Positions 1-13,800 of a stretch of DNA of 64,000 nucleotides are shown here, piece by piece (position 1 is the stretch's first letter; each line of letters opens with the position of its first letter). The DNA is from Eledone cirrhosa. Taxonomy: Eukaryota. The translations under genes and the position numbers were made by a program. The stretch lies in contig OZ024740.1 of NCBI GenBank assembly GCA_964016885.1, positions 296,546,001-296,610,000 of the forward strand. Reading direction: 5' to 3'. The notes under the pieces are model-generated. The model was not told where the DNA came from. It ran no database searches and saw nothing but the letters and a program-made list of their open reading frames with translations.

Positions 1-670
1 GGGTGATCCATTTTTTATTTGGGGGATCCATTTTTTATTTGGGTGATCCATTTTTTATTTGGGTGATCCATTTTTGATTTGGGTGATCCATTTTTTATTT
101 GGGGGATCCATTTTTTATTTGGGTGATCCATTTTTTATTTGGGGGATCCATTTTTTATTTGGGAGATCCATTTTTTATTTGGGTGATCCATTTTTTATTT
201 GGGTGATCCATTTTTTATTTGTTGGATCCATTTTTTATTTGGGGGATCCATTTTTATTTGGGGGACCCTATTTTTATTTGGGGGATCCATTTTACATTTG
301 GGGTATCCATTTTTTATTTGGGTGATCCATTTTTTATTTGGGGGATCCATTTTTTATTTGGGTGATCCATTTTTTATTTGGGTGAGCCATTTTTTATTTG
401 GGTGATCCATTTTTTATTTGTTGGATCCATTTTTTATTTGGTGGATCGACTTTTTATTTGGGGGTTCCATTTTTTATTTGGGGGATCCATTTTACATTTG
501 GGTGATCCATTTTTTATTTGGGTGATCCATTTTTTATTTGGGGGATCCATTTTTTATTTGGGTGATCCATTTTTTATTTGGGGGATCCATTTTTTATTTG
601 GGTGATCCATTTTCTATTTGGGGGATCGATTTTTTATTTGGGGGTTCCATTTTTTATTTGGGGGATCCAT

Positions 671-745
671 CAAATAAAAAATGGATCACCCAAATAAAAA
701 ATGGATCACCCAAATAAAAAATGGATCCCCCAAATAGAAAATGGA
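671..745 (-). repeat. Inverted satellite A block, 75 bp, TAGAAA subtype
   Basis: CAAATAAAAAATGGATC(A/C)CC is the reverse complement of the monomer; block ends at the centre of ATGGA|TCCAT. Confidence 0.97.
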
Positions 746-3700
746 TCCATTTTTTATTTGGGTGATCCATATTTTATTTGGGTGATCCATTTTTATTTGG
801 GGTATCCATTTTTTATTTGTGTGATCCATTTTTTATTTTGCGGATCCATTTTTTATTTGGAGGATCCATTTTTTATTTGGGGATCCATTTTTTATTTAGG
901 TGATCCATTTTTTAGTTGGGTGATCCATTTTTATTTGGGGGATCCATTTTTTATTTGTGTGATCCATTTTTTATTTGGCGGATCCATTTTTATTTGGGGG
1001 ATCCATTTTTTATTTGTGTGATCCATTTTTTATTTGGCAGATCCATTTTTTATTTGGGGGAACCATTTTTTATTTGGGTGATCCATTTTTTATTTGGCGG
1101 ATCCATTTTTTATTTGGGTGATCCATTTTTTATTTGGGGGATCCATTTTTTATTTGGGTGATCCATTTTTTATTTGGGTGATCCATTTTTGATTTGGGTG
1201 ATCCATTTTTTATTTGGGGGATCCATTTTTTATTTGGGTGATCCATTTTTTATTTGGGTGATCCATTTTTTATTTGGGCGATCCATTTTTTATTTTGGTG
1301 ACCCATTTTTTATTTTGGTGATCCATTTTTTATTTGTTGGATCCATTTTTTATTTGGGGGATCTATTTTTATTTGGGGGTCCCTATTTTTATTTGGGGGA
1401 TCCATTTTACATTTGGGTGATCCATTTTTTATTTGGGTGATCCATTTTTTATTTGGTGGATCCATTTTTTATTTGGGGTATCCATTTTTTATTTGGGTGA
1501 TCCATTTTTTATTTGGGGGATCCATTTTTTATTTGGGTGATCCATTTTTTATTTGGGTGATCCATTTTTTATTTGGGTGATCCATTTTTTATTTGTTGGA
1601 TCCATTTTTTATTTGGGGGATCCATTTTTTATTTGGGGGTTCCATTTTTTATTTGGGGGATCCATTTTACATTTGGGTGATCCATTTTTTATTTGGGTGA
1701 TCCATTTTTTATTTGGGGGATCCATTTTTTATTTGGGTGATCCATTTTTTATTTGGGTGATCCAGTTTTTGTTTGGGTGATCCATTTTTTATTTGGGGGA
1801 TCCATTTTTAATTTGGGTGATCCATTTTTTATTTGTTGGATCCATTTTTTATTTGGGGGATCCATTTTTTATTTGGGGGATCCATTTTTTATTTGGGTGA
1901 TCCATTTTTTATTTGGGGGATCCATTTTTTATTTAGGTGATCCATTTTTTAGTTGGGTGATCCATTTTTTTGGGGGGGGATCCATTTTTTATTTGTGTGA
2001 TCCATTTTTTATTTGGCGGATCCATTTTTATTTGGGGGATCCATTTTTTATTTGTGTGATCCATTTTTTATTTGGCAGATCCATTTTTTATTTGGGGGAT
2101 CCATTTTTTATTTGGGTGATCCATTTTTTATTTGGGGGATCCATTTTTTATTTGGGTGATCCATTTTCTATTTGGGTGATCCAGTTTTTGTTTGGATGAT
2201 CCATTTTTTATTTGGGGGATCCATTTTTTATTTGTTGGATCCATTTTTTATTTGGGGGATCCATTTTTTATTTGGGGGTTCCATTTTTTATTTGGGGGAT
2301 CCATTTTACATTTGGGTGATCCATTTTTTATTTGGGTGATCCATTTTTTATTTGGGGGATCCATTTTTTATTTAGGGGATCCATTTTTTATTTGGGGGTT
2401 CCATTTTTTATTTGGGTGATCCATTTTTTATTTGGGGGATCCATTTTTTATTTAGGTGATCCATTTTTTAGTTGGGTGATCCATTTTTATTTGGGGGATC
2501 CATTTTTTATTTGTGTGATCCATTTTTTATTTGGCGGATCCATTTTTTATTTGGGGGATCCATTTTTTATTTGGGGATCCATTTTTTATTTAGGTGATCC
2601 ATTTTTTAGTTGGGTGATCCATTTTTATTTGGGGGATCCATTTTTTATTTGTGTGATCCATTTTTTATTTGGCGTATCCATTTTTATTTGGGGGATCCAT
2701 TTTTTATTTGTGTGATCCATTTTTTATTTGGCAGATCCATTTTTTATTTGGGGGATCCATTTTTTAGTTGGGTGATCCATTTTTTATTTGGGGGATCCAT
2801 TTTTTATTTGGGTGATACATTTTTTATTTGGGGGATCCATTTTTTATTTGGGTGATCCATTTTTTATTTGGGTGATCCATATTTTATTTGGGTGATCCAT
2901 TTTTTATTTGGGGGATCCATTTTTTATTAGGGTGATCCAATTTTTTATTTGGGTGATCCATTTTTTATTTGGGTGATCCATTTTTTATTTGGGTGATCCA
3001 TTTTTTATTTGGGGGATCCATTTTTTATTTGGGTGATCCATTTTTGATTTGGGTGATCCATTTTTTATTTGGGGGATCCATTTTTTATTTGGGTGATCCA
3101 TTTTTTATTTGGGGGATCCATTTTTTATTTGGGAGATCCATTTTTGATTTGGGTGATCCATTTTTTATTTGGGTGATTCATTTTTTATTTGTTGGATCCA
3201 TTTTTTATTTGGGGGATCCATTTTTATTTGGGGGACCCTATTTTTATTTGGGGGATCCATTTTACATTTGGGTGATCCATTTTTTATTTGGGTGATCCAT
3301 TTTTTATTTGGTGGATCCATTTTTTATTTGGGGTATCCATTTTTTATTTGGGTGATCCATTTTTTATTTGGGGGATCCATTTTTTATTTGGGTTATCCAT
3401 TTTTTATTTGGGTGATCCATTTTTTATTTGGGTGATCCATTTTTTATTTGTTGGATCCATTTTTTATTTGGGGGATCCATTTTTTATTTGGGGGTTCCAT
3501 TTTTTATTTGGGGGATCCATTTTACATTTGGGTGATCCATTTTTTATTTGGGTGATCCATTTTTTATTTGGGGGATCCATTTTTTATTTGGGTGATCCAT
3601 TTTTTATTTGGGTGATCCAGATTTTGTTTGGGTGATCCATTTTTTATTTGGGGGATCCATTTTTCATTTGGGTGATCCATTTTTTATTTGTTGGATCCAT

Positions 3701-5355
3701 TTTTTATTTGGGGGATCCATTTTTTATTTGGGGGTTCCATTTTTTATTTGGGGGATCCATTTTACATTTGGGTGATCCATTTTTTATTTGGGTGACCCAT
3801 TTTTTATTCGGGGGATCCATTTTTTATTTGGGGGATCCATTTTTTATTTGGGGGTTCCATTTTTTATTTGGGTGATCCATTTTTTATTTGGGGGATCCAT
3901 TTTTTATTTAGGTGATCCATTTTTTAGTTGGGTGATCCATTTTTATTTGGGGGATCCATTTTTTATTTGTGTGATCCATTTTTTATTTGGCGGATCCATT
4001 TTTTATTTGGGGGATCCATTTTTTATTTGGGTGATCCATTTTTTATTTGGGGTATCCATTTTTTATTAGGGTGATACATTTTTTATTTGGGGGATCCATT
4101 TTTTATTTGGGTGATCCATTTTTTATTTGGGTGATCCATATTTTATTTGCGTGATCCATTTTTTATTTGGGTGATCCATTTTTTATTTGGGTGATCCATT
4201 TTTTATTTGGGGGATCCATTTTTTATTTGGGTGATCCATTTTTTATTTGGGTGATCCATTTTTTATTTGGGGGATCCATTTTTTATTTGGGTGATCCATT
4301 TTTTATTTGGGGGATCCAGTTTTTGTTTGGGTGATCCATTTTTTATTTGGGGGATCCATTTTTTATTTGGGTGATCCATATTTTATTTAGGGGATCCATT
4401 TTTTATTTGGGTGATCCATTTTTTATTTGGGTGATCCATTTTTTATTTGGGTGATCCATTTTTTATTTTGGGGATCTATTTTTTATTTGGGTGATCCATT
4501 TTTTATTTGGGGGATCCATTTTTTTTTTGGTGATCCATTTTTTATTTGGGGATCCATTTTTTATTTGGGGGATCCATTTTTTATTTGGGTGATCCATTTT
4601 TTATTTGGGGGATCCATTTTTTATTTGGGTGATCCATTTTTAATTTGGGGATCCATTTTTTATTTGGGTGATCCATTTTTTATTTGGGGGATCCATTTTT
4701 TATATGGGTGATCCATTTTTTATTTGGGGGATCCATTTTGTATTTGGGTGATCCATTTTTTATTTGGGGGATCCATTTTTTATTTGGGGGATCCATTTTT
4801 TATTTGGGTGATCCACATTTTATTTGGGTGATCCAATTTTTATTTGAGGGATCCATTTTTTATTTGGGTGATCCATTTTTTATTTGGGTGATCCATTTTT
4901 TATTTGGGTGATCCATTTTCTATTTGGGTGATCCATTTTTTATTTGGGGTTTCCATTTTTTATTTGGATGATCCATTTTTTATTTGGGGGATCCATTTTT
5001 TATTTGGCGATCCAATTTTTATTTGGGTGATCCATTTTTTTATTGGGCGATCCATTTTTTATTTGGGTGATCCATTTTTTATTTGGGGGATCCATTATTT
5101 ATTTGTGTGATCCATTTTATATTTGGGGGATCCATTTTTTATTTGGGTGATCCATTTTTTATTTTGGAGATCCATTTTTTATTTGGGGGATCCATTTTTT
5201 ATTTGGGGGATCCATTTTTTATTTGGGTGATCCATTTTTTATTTGGGTGATCCATTTTTTATTTGGGGGATCCATTTTACATTTGGGTGATCCATTTTTT
5301 ATTTGGGTGATCCATTTTTTATTTGGGGGTTCCATTTTTTATTTGGGGGATCCAT

Positions 5356-5390
5356 CAAATAAAAAATGGATCCCCCAAATAAAAAATGGA
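5356..5390 (-). repeat. Inverted satellite A block, 35 bp
   Basis: Reverse-complement monomers with the same two junctions. Confidence 0.95.
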
Positions 5391-5832
5391 TCCATTTTTT
5401 ATTTGGGTGATCCATTTTTTATTTGGGGGATCCATTTTTTATTTGGGTGATCCAGTTTTTGTTTGGGTGATCCATTTTTTATTTGGGGGATCCATTTTTT
5501 ATTTGGGTGATCCATATTTTATTTAGGGGATCGATTTTTTATTTGGTGATCCATTTTTTATTTGGGTGATCCATTCTTTATTTGGGTGATCCATTTTTTA
5601 TTTTGGGGATCTATTTTTTATTTGGGTGATCCATTTTTTATTTGGGGATCCATTTTTTATTTGGGTGATCCATTTTTTTATTTGGGGGATCCATTTTTTA
5701 TTTGGGGGATCCATTTTTTATTTGGGTGATCCATTTTTTATTTGGGGGATCCATTTTTTATTTGGGTGATCCATTTTTTATTTGGGGGATCCATTTTTTA
5801 TTTGGGGGGCCATTTTTTATTTGGGGATCCAT

Positions 5833-5907
5833 CAAATAAAAAATGGATCACCCAAATAAAAAATGGATCACCCAAATAAAAAATGGATCCCTCAAATAAA
5901 AAATGGA
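5833..5907 (-). repeat. Inverted satellite A block, 75 bp, CCTCAAAT subtype
   Basis: Reverse-complement monomers, preceded by the GGGGGGCCAT variant. Confidence 0.95.
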
Positions 5908-6989
5908 TCCATTTTTTATTTGGGGGATCCATTTTTTATTTGGGGGTTCCATTTTTTATTTGGGGGATCCATTTTACATTTGGGTGATCCATTTTTTATT
6001 TGGGTGATCCATATTTTATTTGGGGGATCCATTTTTTATTTGGGGGATCCATTTTTTATTTGGGTGATCCATTCTTTATTTGGGGGATCCATTTTTTATT
6101 TAGGTGATCCATTCTTTAGTTGGGTGATCCATTTATATTTGGGGGATCCATTTTTTATTTGTGTGATCCATTTTTTATTTGGCAGATCCATTTTTTATTT
6201 GGGGGATCCATTTTTTATTTGGGTGATCCATTTTTTATTTGGGGGATCCATTTTTTATTTGGGTTATACATTTTTTATTTGGGGGATCCATTTTTTATTT
6301 GGGTGATCCATTTTTTATTTGGGTGATCCATATTTTATTTGGGTGATCCATTTTTTATTTGGGGGATCCATTTTTATTTGGGTGATCTATTTTTGATTTG
6401 GGTGATCCATTTTTTATTTGGGGGATCCATTTTTTATTTGGGTGATCCATTTTTTATTTGGGGGATCCATTTTTTATTTGGGAGATCCATTTTTTATTTG
6501 GGTGATCCATTTTTTATTTGGGTGATCCATTTTTTATTTGTTGGATCCATTTTTTATTTGGGGGATCCATTTTTATTTGGGGGACCCTATTTTTATTTGG
6601 GGGATCCATTTTACATTTGGGGTATCCATTTTTTATTTGGGTGATCCATTTTTTATTTGGGGGATCCATTTTTTATTTGGGTGATCCATTTTTTATTTGG
6701 GTGATCCATTTTTTATTTGGGTGATCCATTTTTTATTTGTTGGATCCATTTTTTATTTGGTGGATCGACTTTTTATTTGGGGGTTCCATTTTTTATTTGG
6801 GGGATCCATTTTACATTTGGGTGATCCATTTTTTATTTGGGTGATCCATTTTTTATTTGGGGGATCCATTTTTTATTTGGGTGATCCATTTTTTATTTGG
6901 GGGATCCATTTTTTATTTGGGTGATCCATTTTCTATTTGGGGGATCGATCTTTTATTTGGGGGTTCCATTTTTTATTTGGGGGATCCAT

Positions 6990-7064
6990 CAAATAAAAAA
7001 TGGATCACCCAAATAAAAAATGGATCACCCAAATAAAAAATGGATCCCCCAAATAGAAAATGGA
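6990..7064 (-). repeat. Inverted satellite A block, 75 bp, TAGAAA subtype
   Basis: Reverse-complement monomers with the same junctions. Confidence 0.95.
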
Positions 7065-7643
7065 TCCATTTTTTATTTGGGTGATCCATATTTTATTTAG
7101 GGGATCCATTTTTTATTTGGGGGATCCATTTTTATTTGGGTGATCTATTTTTGATTTGGGTGATCCATTTTTTATTTGGGGGATCCATTTTTTATTTAGG
7201 GGATCCATTTTTTATTTGGGTGATCCATTTTTTATTTGGGGATCCATTTTTTATTTGGGGGATCCATTTTTTATTTGGGTGATCCATTTTTTATTTGGGG
7301 GATCCATTTTTTATTTGGGTGATCCATTTTTAATTTGGGGATCCATTTTTTATTTGGGTGATCCATTTTTTATTTGGGGGATCCATTTTTTGTTTGGGTT
7401 ATCCATTTTTTATTTGGGGGATCCATTTTGTATTTGGGTGATCCATTTTTTATTTGGGGGATCCATTTTTTATTTGAGGGATTATTTTTTATTTGGGTGA
7501 TCCAATTTTTATTTGAGGGATCCATTTTTTATTTGGGTGATCCATTTTTTATTTGGGTGATCCATTTTTTATTTGGGTGATCCATTTTCTATTTGGGTGA
7601 TCCATTTTTTATTTGGGGGGCTATTTTTTATTTGGGGATCCAT

Positions 7644-7698
7644 CAAATAAAAAATGGATCACCCAAATAAAAAATGGATCCCTCAAATAAAAAATGGA
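7644..7698 (-). repeat. Inverted satellite A block, 55 bp, CCTCAAAT subtype
   Basis: Reverse-complement monomers with the same junctions. Confidence 0.95.
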
Positions 7699-8620
7699 TC
7701 CATTTTTTATTTGGGGGATCCATTTTTTATTTGGGGGTTCCATTTTTTATTTGGGGGATCCATTTTACATTTGGGTGATCCATTTTTTATTTGGGTGATC
7801 CATATTTTATTTGGGGGATCCATTTTTTATTTGGGGGATCCATTTTTTATTTGGTTGATCCATTTTTTATTTGGGGGATCCATTTTTTATTTAGGTGATC
7901 CATTCTTTAGTTGGGTGATCCATTTTTATTTGGGGGATCCATTTTTTATTTGTGTGATCCATTTTTTATTTGGCAGATCCATTTTTTATTTGGGGGATCC
8001 ATTTTTTATTTGGGTGATCCATTTTTTATTTGGGGGATCCATTTTTTATTTGGGTTATACATTTTTTATTTGGGGGATCCATTTTTTATTTGGGTGATCC
8101 ATTTTTTATTTGGGTGATCCATATTTTATTTGGGTGATCCATTTTTTATTTGGGGGATCCATTTTTATTTGGGTGATCCATTTTTGATTTGGGTGATCCA
8201 TTTTTTATTTGGGGGATCCATTTTTTATTTGGGTGATCCATTTTTTATTTGGGGGATCCATTTTTTATTTGGGAGATCCATTTTTGATTTGGGTGATCCA
8301 TTTTTTATTTGGGTGATCCATTTTTTATTTGTTGGATCCATTTTTTATTTGGGGGATCCATTTTTATTTGGGGGACCCTATTTTTATTTGGGGGATCCAT
8401 TTTACATTTGGGGTATCCATTTTTTATTTGGGTGATCCATTTTTTATTTGGGGGATCCATTTTACATTTGGGTGATCCATTTTTTATTTGGGGGATCCAT
8501 TTTTTATTTGGGTGATCCATTTTTTATTTGGGGGATCCATTTTTTATTTGGGTGATCCATTTTCTATTTGGGGGATCGATTTTTTATTTGGGGGTTCCAT
8601 TTTTTATTTGGGGGATCCAT

Positions 8621-8695
8621 CAAATAAAAAATGGATCACCCAAATAAAAAATGGATCACCCAAATAAAAAATGGATCCCCCAAATAGAAAATGGA
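8621..8695 (-). repeat. Inverted satellite A block, 75 bp, TAGAAA subtype
   Basis: Reverse-complement monomers with the same junctions. Confidence 0.95.
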
Positions 8696-10075
8696 TCCAT
8701 TTTTTATTTGGGTGATCCATATTTTATTTAGGGGATCCATTTTTTATTTGGGTGATCCATTTTTTATTTGGGTGATCCATTTTTTATTTGGGTGATCCAT
8801 TTTTTATTTGGGTGATCCATTTTTTATTTTGGGGATCTATTTATTATTTGGGTGATCCATTTTTTATTTGGGGGATCCATTTTTTTTTGGTGATCCATTT
8901 TTTATTTGGGGATCCATTTTTTATTTGGGGGATCCATTTTTTATTTGGGTGATCCATTTTTTATTTGGGGGATCCATTTTTTATTTGGGTGATACATTTT
9001 TAATTTGGGGATCCATTTTTTATTTGGGTGATCCATTTTTTATTTGGGGGATCCATTTTTTGTTTGGGTTATCCATTTTTTATTTGGGGGATCCATTTTG
9101 TATTTGGGTGATCCATTTTTTATTTGGGGGATCCATTTTTTATTTGGGGGATTATTTTTTATTTGGGTGATCCAATTTTTATTTGAGGGATCCATTTTTT
9201 ATTTGGGTGATCCATTTTTTATTTGGGTGATCCATTTTTTATTTGGGTGATCCATTTTCTATTTGGGTGATCCATTTTTTATTTGGGGGATCCATTTTTT
9301 TATTTGGATGATCCATTTTTTATTTGGGTGATCCATTTTTTATTTGGGGGATCCATTTTTTATTTGGGTGATCCATTTTTTATTTGGGGGATCCATTTTG
9401 TATTTGGGTGATCCATTTTTTATTTGGGGGATCCATTTTTTATTTGGGGGATCCATTTTTTATTTGGGTGATCCAATTTTTATTTGAGGGATCCATTTTT
9501 TATTTGGGTGATCCATTTTTTATTTGGGTGATCCATTTTTTATTTGGGTGATCCATTTTCTATTTGGGTGATCCATTTTTTATTTGGGGGATCCATTTTT
9601 CATTTGGATGATCCATTTTTTATTTGGGGATCCATTTTTTATTTGGGCGATCCAATTTTTATTTGGGTGATCCATTTTTTAATTGGGCGATCCATTTTTT
9701 ATTTGGGTGATCCATTTTTTATTTGGGGGATCCATTTTTTATTTGTGTGATCCATTTTATATTTGGGGGATCCATTTTTTATTTGGGTGATCCATTTTTC
9801 ATTTTGGAGATCCATTTTTTATTTGGGGGATCCATTTTTTATTTGGGTGATCCATTATTTATTTTGGAGATCCATTTTTTATTTGGGGGATCCATTTTTT
9901 ATTTGGGTGATCCATTTTTTATTTGTTGGATCCATTTTTTATTTGGGGGATCCATTTTTTATTTGGGGGTTCCATTTTTTATTTGGGGGATCCATTTTTC
10001 ATTTGGGTGATCCATTTTTTATTTGGGTGATCCATTTTTTATTTGGGGGTTCCATTTTTTATTTGGGGGATCCAT

Positions 10076-10171
10076 CAGATAAAATATGGATCACCCAAAT
10101 AAAAAATGGATCACCCAAATAAAAAATGGATCACCCAAATAAAAAATGGATCCCCCAAATAAAAAAATGGA
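10076..10171 (-). repeat. Inverted satellite A block, 96 bp, mutated left junction (CAGATAAAAT)
   Basis: Reverse-complement monomers; two substitutions in the loop segment. Confidence 0.95.
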
Positions 10172-10513
10172 TCCATTTTTTATTTGGGTGATCCATTTTT
10201 TATTTGGGGGATCCATTTTTTATTTGGGTGATCCATTTTTTATTTGGGTGATCCATTCTTTATTTGTGTGATCCATTTTTTATTTTGGGGATCTATTTTT
10301 TATTTGGGTGATCCATTATTTATTTGGGGATCCATTTTTTATTTGGGTGTTCTATTTTTTATTTGGGGGATCCATTTTTTATTTGGGGGATACATTTTTT
10401 ATTTGGGTGATCCATTTTTTATTTGGGGGATCCATTTTTTATTTGGGTGATCCATTTTTTATTTGGGGGATCCATTTTTTATTTGGGGGGCCATTTTTTA
10501 TTTGGGGATCCAT

Positions 10514-10787
10514 CAAATAAAAAATGGATCACCCAAATAAAAAATGGATCACCCAAATAAAAAATGGATCACCCAAATAAAAAATGGATCCCCCAAATAA
10601 AAAATGGATCCCCCAAATAAAAAATAGAACACCCAAATAAAAAATGGATCCCCAAATAAAAAATGGATCACCCAAATAAAAAATGGATCCCCCAAATAAA
10701 AAATGGATCATCCAAATGAAAAATGGATCCCCCAAATAAAAAATGGATCACCCAAATAAAAAATGGATCCCTCAAATAAAAAATGGA
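10514..10787 (-). repeat. Longest inverted satellite A block, 274 bp, CCTCAAAT subtype
   Basis: About 14 reverse-complement monomers with the same junctions as the short blocks. Confidence 0.97.
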
Positions 10788-10869
10788 TCCATTTTTTATT
10801 TGGAGGATCCATTTTTTATTTGGGTGATACATTTTTTATTTGGGGGATCCATTTTTTATTTGGGTGATC

Positions 10870-13800
10870 CATTTTTTATTTGGGTGATCCATATTTTATT
10901 TGGGTGATCCATTTTTTATTTGGGTGATCCATTTTTTATTTGGGGGATCCATTTTTTATTTGGGGTATCCATTTTTTATTAGGGTGATACATTTTTTATT
11001 TGGGGGATCCATTTTTTATTTGGGTGATCCATTTTTTATTTAGGTGATCCATTTTTTATTTGGGTGATCCATTTTTTATTTGGGTGATCCATTTTTTATT
11101 TGGGTGATCCAATTTTTTATTTGGGTGATCCATTTTTTATTTGGGTGATCCATTTTTTATTTGGGTGATCCATTTTTTATTTGGGGGATACATTTTTTAT
11201 TTGGGTGATCCATTTTTGATTTGGGTGATCCATTTTTTATTTGGGGGATCCATTTTTTATTTGGGTGATCCATTTTTTATTTGGGGGATCCATTTTTTAT
11301 TTGGGAGATCCATTTTTGATTTGGGTGATCCATTTTTTATTTGGGTGATCCATTTTTTATTTGTTGGATCCATTTTTTATTTGGGGGATCCATTTTTTAT
11401 TTGGGGGTTCCATTTTTTTATTTGGGGGATCCATTTTACATTTGGGTGATCCATTTTTTATTTGGGTGATCCATTTTTTATTTGGGGGATCCATTTTTTA
11501 TTTGGGTGATCCATTTTTTATTTGGGTGATCCAGTTTTTGTTTGGGTGATCCATTTTTTATTTGGGGGATCCATTTTTTATTTGGGTGATCCATTTTTTA
11601 TTTGTTGGATCCATTTTTTATTTGGGGGATCCATTTTTTATTTGGGGGTTCCATTTTTTATTTGGGTGATCCATTTTACATTTGGGTGATCCATTTTTTA
11701 TTTGGGTGATCCATTTTTTATTTGGGGGATCCATTTTTTATTTGGGGGATCCATTTTTTATTTGGGGGTTCCATTTTTTATTTGGGTGATCCATTTTTTT
11801 ATTTGGGGGATCCATTTTTTATTTAGGTGATCCATTTTTTAGTTGGGTGATCCATTTTTATTTGGGGGATCCATTTTTTATTTGTGTGATCCATTTTTTA
11901 TTTGGCGGATCCATTTTTTATTTGGGGGATCCATTTTTTATTTGGGGATCCATTTTTTATTTAGGTGATCCATTTTTTAGTTGGGTGATCCATTTTTATT
12001 TGGGGGATCCATTTTTTATTTGTGTGATCCATTTTTTATTTGGCGGATCCATTTTTATTTGGGGGATCCATTTTTTATTTGCGTGATCCATTTTTTATTT
12101 GGCAGATCCATTTTTTATTTGGGGGATCCATTTTTTATTTGGGTGATCCATTTTTTATTTGGGGGATCCATTTTTTATTTGGGTGATACATTTTTTATTT
12201 GGGGGATCCATTTTTTATTTGGGTGATCCATTTTTTATTTGGGTGATCCATATTTTATTTGGGTGATCCATTTTTTATTTGGGGGATCCATTTTTTATTT
12301 GGGTGATCCAATTTTTTATTTGGGTGATCCATTTTTTATTTGGGTGATCCATTTTTTATTTGGGTGATCCATTTTTTATTTGGGGGATCCATTTTTATTT
12401 GGGTGATCCATTTTTGATTTGGGTGATCCATTTTTTATTTGGGGGATACATTTTTTATTTGGGTGATCCATTTTTTATTTGGGGGATCCATTTTTTATTT
12501 GGGAGATCCATTTTTGATTTGGGTGATCCATTTTTTATTTGGGTGATTCATTTTTTATTTGTTGGATCCATTTTTTATTTGGGGGATCCATTTTTATTTG
12601 GGGGACCCTATCTTTATTTGGGGGATCCATTTTACATTTGGGTGAACCATTTTTTATTTGGGTGATCCATTTTTTATTTGGTGGATCCATTTTTTATTTG
12701 GGGTATCCATTTTTAATTTGGGTGATCCATTTTTTATTTGGGGGATCCATTTTTTATTTGTTGGATCCATTTTTTATTTGGGGGATCCATTTTTTATTTG
12801 GGGGTTCCATTTTTTATTTGGGGGATCCATTTTACATTTGGGTGATCCATTTTTTATTTGGGTGATCCATTTTTTATTTGGGGGATCCATTTTTTATTTG
12901 GGGGATCCATTTTTTATTTGGGGGTTCCATTTTTTATTTGGGTGATCCATTTTTTATTTGGGGGATCCATTTTTTATTTGGGTGATCCATATTTTATTTG
13001 GGTGATCCATTTTTTATTTGGGTGATCCATTTTTTATTTGGGGGATCCATTTTTTATTTGGGGTATCCATTTTTTATTAGGGTGATACATTTTTTATTTG
13101 GGGGATCCATTTTTTATTTGGGTGATCCATTTTTTATTTAGGTGATCCATTTTTTATTTGGGTGATCCATTTTTTATTTGGGTGATCCATTTTTTATTTG
13201 GGTGATCCAATTTTTTATTTGGGTGATCCATTTTTTATTTGGGTGATCCATTTTTTATTTGGGTGATCCATTTTTTATTTGGGGGATACATTTTTTATTT
13301 GGGTGATCCATTTTTGATTTGGGTGATCCATTTTTTATTTGGGGGATCCATTTTTTATTTGGGTGATCCATTTTTTATTTGGGGGATCCATTTTTTATTT
13401 GGGAGATCCATTTTTGATTTGGGTGATCCATTTTTTATTTGGGTGATCCATTTTTTATTTGTTGGATCCATTTTTTATTTGGGGGATCCATTTTTTATTT
13501 GGGGGTTCCATTTTTTTATTTGGGGGATCCATTTTACATTTGGGTGATCCATTTTTTATTTGGGTGATCCATTTTTTATTTGGGGGATCCATTTTTTATT
13601 TGGGTGATCCATTTTTTATTTGGGTGATCCAGTTTTTGTTTGGGTGATCCATTTTTTATTTGGGGGATCCATTTTTTATTTGGGTGATCCATTTTTTATT
13701 TGTTGGATCCATTTTTTATTTGGGGGATCCATTTTTTATTTGGGGGTTCCATTTTTTATTTGGGTGATCCATTTTACATTTGGGTGATCCATTTTTTATT

